The position numbers and the translations under genes are program-made. Below the pieces are notes generated by a model. That model was not told the origin of the DNA, ran no database searches, and saw only the letters and a list, made by a program, of their open reading frames with translations. DNA of 63,924 nucleotides, the filler included. It is 4 parts of 4 records of this genome, joined end to end, with 100 filler letters (N's around TTAATTAATTAA, not from the genome) between each part and the next. Parts side by side here need not be neighbours in the genome. Positions count along the whole stretch, not along the records: positions 1 to 16,129 come from SRR22947727_3372; 3 more parts are not named here. The stretch is one strand, 5' to 3'. Positions 1 through 10,900 of this stretch are shown here, piece after piece; position 1 is the first letter of the stretch, and every line of letters begins with the position of its first letter.

Positions 1-339
1 CCTATTTTAGAAGAACTACCAGAAGTCCCAGAAACTATAAATGAGGATTTAGTGGATCCTCTTGATATTAATGTAGAAGTAGATGAGGTTGATATAAATG
101 AAGTAATTGATGAAGTAAGTATGGAGGACCTTACCCCAGAAGAAAGATTCACTAAAAAGGAAATTAGAAAAGAAAAACGCAAAGATCGTAAAGAAGATAG
201 AGAAGAAAGAAGACAACAAAGAAAATCTGGCGAATTAACTAGAAAGGAAGCTAGACAAGATAAAAAACAAGATAGAAAGGATAGAAAAAAAGAAGCTAGA
301 GAAAGAAGAAAAAATAAAAAACGTAAAAAAGAACAATAA
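1..339 (+). CDS. Phage protein, 5'-truncated; acidic tract followed by a K/R-rich C-terminus
   Basis: Frame is open from base 1 (PILEELPEVPETINEDL...) to TAA at 337-339; codon usage matches the neighbours. Confidence 0.75.
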   Translation, partial: PILEELPEVPETINEDLVDPLDINVEVDEVDINEVIDEVSMEDLTPEERFTKKEIRKEKRKDRKEDREERRQQRKSGELTRKEARQDKKQDRKDRKKEARERRKNKKRKKEQ

Positions 340-354
340 AATTATTGTTTTTAG

Positions 355-362
355 TATTTATA
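355..362 (+). promoter_or_regulatory. Putative phage promoter motif TATTTATA
   Basis: Lies 17 nt before ATG 380; the same motif and spacing recur at 11442-11449. Confidence 0.5.
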
Positions 363-379
363 ATAAACTAATAGAAAAA

Positions 380-709
380 ATGAAAGTAGAAAGACTTAAA
401 GAAATTATTAAAGAAGCTACTCGCGAAGTTATACATGAGGAATTAAAAGAAATATTATTAGAAGCTGTAAAAGGTAAATCTTCCCCTTCATTAAATGAGA
501 GTAAAACTTTTACCCCTCAACAAAATGAAGTTAAGTCAAATCTTAGAAGCTCGTATAGGGATATTTTAGGTGAAACTGCCCAAACTATGACTACTAACAA
601 TGTTCAAGGTAATTTCACCCCAAACCCAGGTATGGATACAGCCAATGGAGCATTACCCCCTGGACAGGTTAGTATGGATCAAATAGGAGCATTATTACAA
701 GGTAAATAA
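380..709 (+). CDS. Phage hypothetical protein with an N-terminal helical LKEIIKEA..EVIHEELKEILLEAVK segment
   Basis: 109-aa ORF, A-rich start context, tightly packed with the next gene. Confidence 0.8.
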   Translation: MKVERLKEIIKEATREVIHEELKEILLEAVKGKSSPSLNESKTFTPQQNEVKSNLRSSYRDILGETAQTMTTNNVQGNFTPNPGMDTANGALPPGQVSMDQIGALLQGK

Positions 710-710
710 A

Positions 711-1139
711 ATGGCTAGAATTATACCATCTAATGGAGTAGGTAATAGACCCCCAAATCTTAGTGTTGGAGTAGGGGTAGGCCTTCCTTTTAATGGTCCT
801 GCAGGGGGATTTAATACTACTTTTAATTCACAGGAACAAAGTAGGTATAATTTTATTAATTATTTATTAACTAACCATGGTGAAAGACCCTTAAATCCTA
901 ATTTTGGTGCAAATTTAAGTTCTTTTCTTTTTGAACAAACAGAACAGGATTTAATAGATTCTTTAGATAGAGCTATACGAAATGCCGCAGAATCCTTTTT
1001 CCCTAGGATTTTAATAAGAGATATACAAATTCTTAGTGGAAGGGATAATAATCAAGTTATAATAAATATATCTTTTTCTATTAGGAGTACAAACATAACA
1101 GATACTATAAACTTAGAATTAAATGGACAGGATATCTAG
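711..1139 (+). CDS. Baseplate wedge / sheath-initiator protein, gp25/GpW family
   Basis: LLTNHGERPLNPNFGANLSSFLFEQ and FFPRI match the gp25 signature LLT.xGER...P.FG..L...LFE. Confidence 0.9.
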   Translation: MARIIPSNGVGNRPPNLSVGVGVGLPFNGPAGGFNTTFNSQEQSRYNFINYLLTNHGERPLNPNFGANLSSFLFEQTEQDLIDSLDRAIRNAAESFFPRILIRDIQILSGRDNNQVIINISFSIRSTNITDTINLELNGQDI

Positions 1140-3000
1140 AGACATAAAATATTTAAATAGGGATTTTAGTAGTATAAGACAATCTTTACTAGATTATTCT
1201 AAAACATATTTTCCTACTACTTTTAATGATTTTACACCTACTTCTACAGGTGTGTTATTTGTAGAAATGGCTGCGTATGTGGGGGATGTACTATCATTTT
1301 ATCTGGATAACCAAATCCAGGAAACCTTTTTAACAAATGCTAGACAAACCGATAATATATTTAATATGGCATATACTATGGGTTATAGACCTAGAGTTAC
1401 CCAAGCTTCTACAGTAGACATAGAGGTATTCCAACAAATACCCTCAAAAGTTGTAGGAGGAGAATATGTTCCTGATTTTGACTATGCACTCAAAATACCT
1501 GAAAATACAGGTTTAACAACAGCTAATGGAGTTAATTTTCTAATGCAGGATTCTATAGATTTTACAGTTTCTTCTTCTTTGGATCCTACAGAAATTTCTT
1601 TATATAGATTAACAGGTACTAACCCTGAGTTTTATCTTTTAAAGAAAACTAGAAAAGCTATCTCAGCTATTATTTCATCAAGAGAATTTACTTTTAGTGC
1701 CCCCACTAAATTTTCCACTAGAACTATAACAGCTAACAATATTGTAGGTATTTTGGATGTTTTTGACTCTAATAATAATGAATATTATGAAGTGGATAAT
1801 TTATCTCAAGATTTAGTATTTAATCCTATAAAAAATACTAATCCTAATAACCCATATTATAATGCAAATGATTTAGATACATCATTTCTGTTAAAAACTA
1901 AACGGGTTCAAAGGAGATTTGTCTCCAGGTTTACTAATACTACCAATTTAGAATTACAATTTGGGGCGGGGACCACTAATGATAATAGTGAAGAAATTAT
2001 CCCTAACCCCAATAATGTGGGTTTAGGTTTATCATTTAAACAAAATAAATTAACCACGGCTTTTTCACCCTTAAATTATACATTAACTAATACTTATGGT
2101 ATATCACCCTCTAACACAACATTAACCGTAAGATATTTAACCGGAGGGGGGATAAAATCTAATGTTGAGGCTAACACTATTAACAGAATAAATTCTACAT
2201 CAAATGTTAAATTTGTTAATAATTCAATAGGCAATACTAATTTGGCTAATTCTATATTTGCTTCTTTAGCAGTAAATAATCCTACTGCTGCTGATGGTGG
2301 GGGGAGTGGAGATACTTTGGATCAAATAAAAATTAATACGTTAGGGCAATTTCCTACACAATTAAGAAATGTAACATCAGATGACTATTTGATAAGAACT
2401 CTTTCTATGCCTTCTGATTTTGGTACTATATCTAAGGCATATGCAATTCCCACATTAATAGGTGAAACTAACCCAGGAGAAATTCCGGGTATTTTAGATT
2501 TATATATTTTAACATTTGATTCGGCAGGAAAATTAAAGACTGCTTCTAATACTTTAAAGCAAAATTTAAGAACATATCTTTCTGAATACAGAATGATAAA
2601 TGATAGTGTAAGTATTAAGGATGCATTTATAATTAATATAGGAATAGATTTTGAAATTATAGTTCGTCCTGGTTTTAATAATAATGACGTTTTAACAGCT
2701 TGTGTTAATCAATTACAGGTATATTTTAGAACAGATAATTTTCAAATAAATGAACCTATAATTTTATCCGATTTATTTCCTTTATTAGATGGTATTAATG
2801 GAGTACAAACTGTAAAAGATATTAAAATTATTAATAAAAGTAGTGGAGATATTATAAGTCAAAGAGGTAATTATAGTCAATTTGCCTATGATATAGAAGG
2901 AGCCACTATTAATAGAGTAATTTATCCTTCTATAGACCCAATGATTTTTGAAGTAAAATTTCCTAATGATGATATTAGAGGTAAAGTAGTACCATTATAA
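1123..3000 (+). CDS. Baseplate wedge subunit, T4 gp6 / baseplate J-like
   Basis: DFSSIRQSL..Y, FVEMAAYVGDVLSFYLD, ETFLTNARQ, GYRPR, LQFGAG, GGGSGDT..QIK, QLRNVTSDDY; follows the gp25-like gene. Confidence 0.88.
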   Translation: MDRISRDIKYLNRDFSSIRQSLLDYSKTYFPTTFNDFTPTSTGVLFVEMAAYVGDVLSFYLDNQIQETFLTNARQTDNIFNMAYTMGYRPRVTQASTVDIEVFQQIPSKVVGGEYVPDFDYALKIPENTGLTTANGVNFLMQDSIDFTVSSSLDPTEISLYRLTGTNPEFYLLKKTRKAISAIISSREFTFSAPTKFSTRTITANNIVGILDVFDSNNNEYYEVDNLSQDLVFNPIKNTNPNNPYYNANDLDTSFLLKTKRVQRRFVSRFTNTTNLELQFGAGTTNDNSEEIIPNPNNVGLGLSFKQNKLTTAFSPLNYTLTNTYGISPSNTTLTVRYLTGGGIKSNVEANTINRINSTSNVKFVNNSIGNTNLANSIFASLAVNNPTAADGGGSGDTLDQIKINTLGQFPTQLRNVTSDDYLIRTLSMPSDFGTISKAYAIPTLIGETNPGEIPGILDLYILTFDSAGKLKTASNTLKQNLRTYLSEYRMINDSVSIKDAFIINIGIDFEIIVRPGFNNNDVLTACVNQLQVYFRTDNFQINEPIILSDLFPLLDGINGVQTVKDIKIINKSSGDIISQRGNYSQFAYDIEGATINRVIYPSIDPMIFEVKFPNDDIRGKVVPL

Positions 3001-3009
3001 AAATAAATT

Positions 3010-3369
3010 ATGGCTTTAGAATTTTCATTTAATAAAACAAACTTAGATTTAGAGGACCCAGCAGTATTAGGAGGCCCTGTAAATGGTAATTTTATTCACG
3101 GTAATACACCACGAAATACTTATACTGGAGGTAGTGCACCTGTTACTAAAGATCGTAGTAGATTACAAGCTAATTTTGAACACTCTTTTTTACAAAGAGC
3201 TTTAAGCCCACCTACTAATGAAAATCCAGATCCTACACAATTTCCTGCTACTACATTAGGCTCAACTAATATTTCAGGACATTTTCCTACTGCGGGTAAA
3301 CCTTCAGAAATATTTACTCAAAAGTACACACCCGAAAATACTTATTTAGACCAAATTAATTCTCAATAA
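3010..3369 (+). CDS. Phage hypothetical protein with an internal repeat
   Basis: 119-aa ORF; FIHGNTPRNTY / FTQKYTPENTY repeat; TAATG overlap with the next gene. Confidence 0.75.
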   Translation: MALEFSFNKTNLDLEDPAVLGGPVNGNFIHGNTPRNTYTGGSAPVTKDRSRLQANFEHSFLQRALSPPTNENPDPTQFPATTLGSTNISGHFPTAGKPSEIFTQKYTPENTYLDQINSQ

Positions 3370-4514
3370 TGGCTGTATATAAACTATTCCCAACTAAAGA
3401 TGCTACCCTATATTCAGGTTATCAAGCTATGAATACGGGACTGGATTCTATTATTGAGGCAACCACTGATTTTAAAATAGGTAATCCTGTTCAAAAAGAT
3501 GGGGCTAATCCTCAAACATCAAGATTTTTAGTTCAATTTGATTTAGATGAAATTTATAATGTTATAGATGTAATAGCTGGTGGATCTACAACTAAATCTT
3601 TCTTAAGAATATATTCTGCTAATGCAAGAGGATTAACTTCTACTTCTACTATTGTGGTAAATGCCGTAGGACAAAATTGGAATATGGGGTCAGGAGAATA
3701 TTTATCGGATCCTTTAGTAGTAAATGGATGTTCATGGGATTGGAGATTAACATCAGGGAGTGGAACTTGGACTACTGGCACAAACATATTGGGAATTACT
3801 GGTTCATTTTCGGGGTCTAACAATGAAGGAGGAGGGTCATGGTATACTGCGAGTCAGGCTCCTTCTATGTCTATTTCCCAATCTTTTGATTATTACACTA
3901 CTTTAGATATTAATACTGAAGTTACAGAAATAGTAACAAATTGGTCTTCTTCGGCATTTACTAATTATGGTTTTATAGTAAGACAATCAGGATCTCAGGA
4001 ATTTATAAATGATATTAACCAACAAACCGAGTTAAAATTCTTTTCTAGAGATACAAATACTATATACCCCCCTCAACTTGAAATAAAATGGGATGATTCT
4101 ATTTTTAACACTGGATCCTCTTCTACTACAGAATTAACAACTACAGAAGCTTTAATTTCTTTAACTAATAATAAAAACGAATACTATCCCGAGGAAGTAG
4201 CTCGATTTAATATAAATGCTATAGAAAAATTCCCACCTAGAACTTATTTAACATCTTCGGGATATACTAAAAATTTTTATTTCCCATCAGGGTCGTCTTT
4301 ATATGCTATAAAGGATAGTAAAACTAATGAATATGTAACTGATTTTGATTCATCTTACACTAAATTAAGTGCTGACGAAAGGGGTAGTTATTTTAATGTT
4401 TATATGAATGGTTTAGAACCCGAAAGATACTATACAGTTTTATTGCAAATGACTATAGGTAATGAAACTAAAATCTTTGATGAAGATTTAACCTTTAAAG
4501 TAATAGAAGGATGA
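3369..4514 (+). CDS. Phage virion structural protein, beta-rich with a DNRLRE/carbohydrate-binding-like region
   Basis: 381 aa; KDATLYS, SRFLVQFD, DINTEVTEIVTNW..NYGFIVR and FFSRDT...PPQLEI resemble DNRLRE-type domains. Confidence 0.6.
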   Translation: MAVYKLFPTKDATLYSGYQAMNTGLDSIIEATTDFKIGNPVQKDGANPQTSRFLVQFDLDEIYNVIDVIAGGSTTKSFLRIYSANARGLTSTSTIVVNAVGQNWNMGSGEYLSDPLVVNGCSWDWRLTSGSGTWTTGTNILGITGSFSGSNNEGGGSWYTASQAPSMSISQSFDYYTTLDINTEVTEIVTNWSSSAFTNYGFIVRQSGSQEFINDINQQTELKFFSRDTNTIYPPQLEIKWDDSIFNTGSSSTTELTTTEALISLTNNKNEYYPEEVARFNINAIEKFPPRTYLTSSGYTKNFYFPSGSSLYAIKDSKTNEYVTDFDSSYTKLSADERGSYFNVYMNGLEPERYYTVLLQMTIGNETKIFDEDLTFKVIEG

Positions 4515-4975
4515 GTAGAACAGTAAATTTTAGTAAGCAAGTTTTTAATAAACAAAAATTTTCAGAAACTGTAGACACTGAATTTTCCCAACTTGTGGAA
4601 AAACAGGATGAAACTTTTTTTGACGCTAATTTGGCTACCGTAGAGGATTTTTTTATAATATACGAGAATTTATTTTTAGAAATTCCCAAAAATGGAGAAG
4701 TAAATTCACATGAGTTTTTAATTAATCAATCAACAGAATATATTAATTTTCAATCTCAGAATGATACTTTAAATTCTTTATTACAGGAAATAGCAGAATT
4801 GAGACAAGAAAACCTAGATATTAGACAACAAAATTTAGATTTAATAGGGCAGTTTTCTACGGGGGTAGTTTCATCAGAAAGAGAAGTAGTAACAACTGGG
4901 GCATCATTAGCAGGAATCAATACTAATAGTAATGTTAATGTGGGTGGTACTTCAGGTGGAGGAAGTAATTATTAA
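4511..4975 (+). CDS. Phage hypothetical protein with a short coiled coil
   Basis: 154 aa; ATGA overlap with the upstream gene; LLQEIAELRQENLDIRQQ coiled coil. Confidence 0.8.
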   Translation: MSRTVNFSKQVFNKQKFSETVDTEFSQLVEKQDETFFDANLATVEDFFIIYENLFLEIPKNGEVNSHEFLINQSTEYINFQSQNDTLNSLLQEIAELRQENLDIRQQNLDLIGQFSTGVVSSEREVVTTGASLAGINTNSNVNVGGTSGGGSNY

Positions 4976-4983
4976 ATAAGAAA

Positions 4984-7900
4984 ATGGCTTCATTATATAC
5001 AGAAGGAGGACAATTTACCTATAATGATGGTACTGATTACGTAGGGTTTTATCATATAATGCCTGATGGGACTCCCATGACTGGGGCTCAACATGGTAGT
5101 AATGATGAAATGTTATTTTATGTTAATAGTACCCCTAATGCTGATAATGAAATCCGTATTAATGGCAATCCTTTTGTTGTTGAAATTAACCCCAATATAG
5201 TATTAAACACTGGGTTTTCTTTAGCTGATAGTTCTATAATACCATCTTCTGGTGAAACATCAGAATTTGATCCTTCTTCTAATACTATAGAATTCTTTTG
5301 CTATGATATTAATAGAAATCTAGTAGGTGGTATTCCTGATTATAAATCTTTTAAAACATCACAACAATTAAGAGTTTCTAATGATTTCTCCGAAATTTTA
5401 TTAGACCCAGCATTTGATACTGATCAGATAGCAAGTGACCCATCTGGACAATATTTTAACATTTATAATTTTATTCAGTATGAGATATCTTCATCTGCCG
5501 CTGAGGAATATTATATATCTGAAATTTCATCAGACAGAACTGAAATAAGATTACAAAGTAATTTACTTACTAGTGAAGAAATAAATAATGCCTATAATAG
5601 TTTTAAACAAAAGATAGATTCATCTAACTTTTTTGATGAATTTTATATTAAGAATAATCGAAATAATTACTACATAGGAGTAAATATATTATTAGATGAA
5701 ACAACAGATTCATCTTCTTTACTAGTAAAACTATATCAACCCCTACCATCTAACATTAATATTAAAACTAGGGTTTCTGTAGCCACAAAAGTAGCTGAAA
5801 CTAAAGCATATCAAGTTGACTTTCCTCGTTTTGATGATCAAGAATTACCTAAAAACTTTATTAAGGGGCCCAATACTAATATAAAGGTAAAAGATAAAGT
5901 AAATAATTCTACAGATTTTAAATCTAAAAATAATTTAATATCCACTACCGTTTCTAGTGCAGTCGACCAATTAGAATATTTTACCAGCCAAAGTGGCATA
6001 CAATTAAACCCTAGTTACTCAGTTAGTGTTTATGATGACTTTGTTCATTTTTCATCAGCCGAACAAAGATTAAGAAATTTTTATTACAAGGTACAACAGA
6101 TAGAATCTTTTCAATCTCAAATAAACATATTAAATAGTGTTACTGATACTAATGTAACAGCGGTATCTTCTAGTAAGTTAACATTAGAGAAAAATATAAA
6201 AGAATTAATTACTACTTTTGATGGTTTTGAATATTTTCTTTATTTTGAGAGTGGCTCACAACCATATCCTAAATCTACATCTACTTATCCCTATACCCTA
6301 CAATCTTCAACTTCAACTGAAGTAAGAACCTGGTTAGGTAGTACTGATGAAGATAATCTTTATTATGGAGGAGCATTACTATCAGCTTCATTTCATGATG
6401 AAGATAATGTAAATAACTTATTATATGTAATACCAGAGTTTATTAGATCCAATCCAGAAAATAGCAATTATATTTTATTTGCTAATATGGTAGGCCAATA
6501 CTTTGATGAAACCTGGCTTTATACTAAAGCTGTAACCCATAAACTTAATTCTACTAACCAATTAGATAAAGGAGCTGATTTATCTTTAATAGATGATATT
6601 CTAAGATCCTTTGGGCAAGAAATTTACGGTAGTAATTTTAATAACATAGATGATTATTCCTCCTTAATAGGGGTAAGTGCTGAGGGATCCATATTACCTG
6701 CTACAGGCTCAGAGGTTATAACTAATTTTATAACAGCATCAAATGATGTAACACCTTTAAAAAGGGTTAACCAGGAAATCCATAAAAGGTTATACCATAA
6801 CCTAGTTACTCTTTATAAGAAGAAAGGTACTAAAGCTGGTTTAAGACAGCTAATTAATTTATATGGTATTCCCGATACTATATTAAGAATATATGAATTT
6901 GGGGGTAAAGATAAAATTAACCTAAATGATTGGGATTTATATAGAAGTATCTTTAATAAAGAAATAACTTCACACCAAACTGATGCAGATAGAGGGAAAG
7001 AATATAATGGGGGTATAGAAACACCATGGAAGGTTAACCCTTTATGGGCTTCATCATCTACTATAGCGGGAGTTACAGGTAGCGTTCCTGCAACAGTAGA
7101 ATTTAGATTTAAGTCGGATATAAATCCCGCTACTACTCCTTCTCAATCCATACCCTTACAACCTTTATGGGGGTTAAAAGATAATGCAGGTGGTACTAAA
7201 GTTTTAGTATACTTAGAATATAATGGTTCGGGCTCAGCTAGTGGTTCTTATAGTGGTTCTATAGTAGATCCTAATTACCAATATGCTAATCTAACTTTAG
7301 CAATTAGTGGTTCACCTCCAACTTCTGCTTCGATTTCACTACCATTTTATAATCAAGATTGGTGGAATGTAAGAGTTCAAATGCAAGAGTTAGGATTGGC
7401 AGGCACCAATCAGGCTAGATATCAAATAGCATCTGCTAATAAAGCATACAATGGGAAAGATGGAACCCGTGTAGGGTTTAAGGCTAGTATCAAACATAAT
7501 CAAATATCAGGGTCATGGGTTAATTCTATAAGTAGTAGTTTTGCCTTATCTAGAAGTTTTAATTCAAAACAATATAATAACTTTAGTGGTTCACTACAAG
7601 AATTAAGATATTGGGCTCTTTGTTTTGAAAATCAAAATACACCCTTTATAAATGAAGATGTATGGGATAATCATGTAATGGATCCCTTATCTATAGAAAC
7701 CGGATATTTAACTGGTTCCATGTCTCCTATTGAACATCTAATATTTAGATCAAGAGAAGGAGAGGATTTAGCCCTGGTTTCGGGTTCACAATCTAATATA
7801 TCACAGTTAGAATCAATCCACCCTAAAATAACGGGTTCTCTAACCACTACTTCATCTTTTGCTAGTAATTCTTTATACAGTTTAATCACTGCTTCTATTT

Positions 7901-10900
7901 CAAATAACATAGAAACCCAGTTTTTAAATCAACCTAATTTAGGAATAAAGAATAGAGTATCTGATAAAATAAAAACATATAATAACTTAGCATATGGTAA
8001 TTTACTAAGTCCATATAGAAGTATACAACAGAATTATGAGGCTTCTCAATCATTTACAGAAGATATTAACTTATTACAAGTAGCATTCTCACCTCAGGAT
8101 GAAGTAAATGATGATATAACACACGAATTTGGATTTAGTAATAAAATTACGGATTTAATAGCTGATCCAAGAAATTTATCTTCTTCCTTAGATCATTATG
8201 ATGGGTTAAAGCGTTTAGCAGAAAAATATTTTGAAAAATATATTAAGGGTAATAGTAATGATTATTATAGGCTTATAAAATATTTTGATAATGCCCTATT
8301 TAAAGCTATTAAAAACTTTGTACCTGCCAGAACATCTGTTTCAACTGGTATAGTAGTTAAACAACATTTACTAGAGAGAAATAGAGTTAGACCTCCCCAG
8401 CCTAATTCTAAAACTTCTATAGCTAAAACTAACTCGGGAGGTTTTAACACTAATTTAGAGTTTCAAAACATTGCAGTTTCGGGTGCTGTTAAATCTCAAC
8501 CTAAGGGTTTTACCACAGGTTCCAGTATAGAAAAAGTAACAGGAGGTACAGGAGGAACTTTTGAAAAATTCAATAATATAGAATTTACACCTTATGGTGT
8601 ATCGGGTAGTGGTCCAACTAAAAAGTTTGGATATGAAATAACACAATCTTTTACTGAAGCTGTGTCTACATTATCTGGTAGTATAAATGTTGTAAAATCT
8701 ACACAAGATGAATTCTATAATGGAGAATTTAAGGGATCTACTATTACAGTAACAACACAATCTCTTAATCCAGAATGTTTAAAATTTCTAAATGTTTTTA
8801 TAGACCCAGTTGCTACTTCATCATTTGATTATTTTTTATATAATGAAGCTCAAACTTCTTCATTTGCTAAATTCAATAATGTTAATACATCCCCAAATTC
8901 AGGTCAAATATTTTTTAATTGGGTTAGTGCTGCTAATTACATAAGAAATTTAAAAGTATCTACTACTAACAAAGAAGGGGCAGATATTACTAATAACATA
9001 GAAAATGCAACCCGATTAAATTTTAATTTTGGTACTAGCACTCAAAATTTCAATGTAACAAAAACCTCCCAAGGTCCAGGTTATGTACAATTTAATGTGG
9101 ATTCTAATAATTATCATTCCCCACATCCCGAATTTTTATTGTCTAGTAGCTATGAAAATTATCCATTTTTAGCGAGTGCAAGTATAGCACAGTCGGCAAG
9201 CGTAAAAGTAGATACAGTATTTTATCTACCTAATGGCCAATCTAAAAATATAAACATAAATCAGTATGGATTTGAAAATGATCCCAATAATTTATTTAAT
9301 GCTACTTCAGGTATTTATGCTACACCCCAAACACCTAATTTATTAATAAACTTTACGGGTTCTATAAATCTTACAGGTAGTGTAATAACAGACTTTAATG
9401 CTTCTCAAAATGCTACTGTAACCTTTAGATTAAAAGGAAGTTCAGTAGACGTATTTCAGAAAGTAATTAATGAAAGTATAAGCACTACAGTAAATACCTT
9501 TTCTGGTTCCTTTACTGTTTCTGGTAGCTTTAATACAAATGTACCATTAAAAGCCGAGGATTTATCATTAGAATTAGGAATGAGTCTACCTGCCCTAGCT
9601 AAGGGTCAAAGTATGGTTTCGGGATCAATAACAGGTAGTGGAGCTCTTTTTCAAATCAATACGGGTTCACTATTACCTAACCCTAAAACAACAATTTTAG
9701 ATTCTTTTGAACCCTACCTACCAGGTGGTTCATCATTAGCTTCAGGCTTTGCTATATTTGAAAGAGCATTTGATTGTCAACCTTTATTTAATAATGTCAT
9801 TGGTAATAGGCTAAGTTCTTTATATTATGATATAGATTATAACACAGGTGTTTTGATACCGACTAATATGGTACCTATAGAAAACCAAACGGCTATATTT
9901 GCTTCTATACCTGATTCAAATTATACTTCATTAAGATCTATTCTACCTAGATACAATGGTTCAAAATTAACTTCATTTGATATTAATAAATTTACACCTA
10001 AGGGTACTGAATATTATGAAAAACAAGTATTAAAAGTATGGGGAGGGGATTCATCCTATGGTAAAACCTCTGTCATAGAAAGAACTAAACCATTTTTTGG
10101 TTATTTCCAATTATTAGTTCCATCATCTCCTGAACTGGAATTAGCAACACAAGTTAAATTAAAATATATTATAAACCAAAATGGCCAGCCCTTTAAGCCT
10201 ATCCTTAATTCTCCATCCTTTTATGATGTAGAGGGAGCCTATGAAACGGGAAATATAGTTGATATAGCGTTAGAGGATACTCTACAAACGGATGATGCAT
10301 CTTTAGTAAATGCTGCTGTAGGAATTAATTTAGATAATTTTAATAAATCTGCAACTGTAATTAAAGGAGCAAGAAGGGTAGACCCTATTATTACAACCCA
10401 AAGAGTATCTATTTATGATGTACCTAATGCGGCAGATGCTTTTGAGACAAATATAACTTTTACTAATCCTTTACCTATAACATCGGATTATACTATGTTT
10501 TCATCAAATCCTATAGCTACAAGTACTGCTTTCACAGCTATGCCCCAAAGAATTACTTTTATAGATGAAAATTATGATAATAGTAATAGTTGGAATACTA
10601 GTACTAACGAATTTACTTTTAGTGAAACCTCTCAATCACCTGTAAGATTTCAAGGTAATGTATCACTTCAAAATCTTAATACCTCTGATGTAGGGTTTGT
10701 TATAAGAATAGTAAGAGAAAGAAGTAGTGTTAGAACAACATTAGCAGAAACTATAGTAGTAGTACCGGCTAACACACAATCTTCTTTTATAAATGTTGGA
10801 ACCCCATTTTTGGATTTCCAAACTGGGGATAAAATATACATGAGAGCTTCTATAGTAGTTTTTGCAGCTCCAAATGTATCATTAGCTGATGACCAAATAC

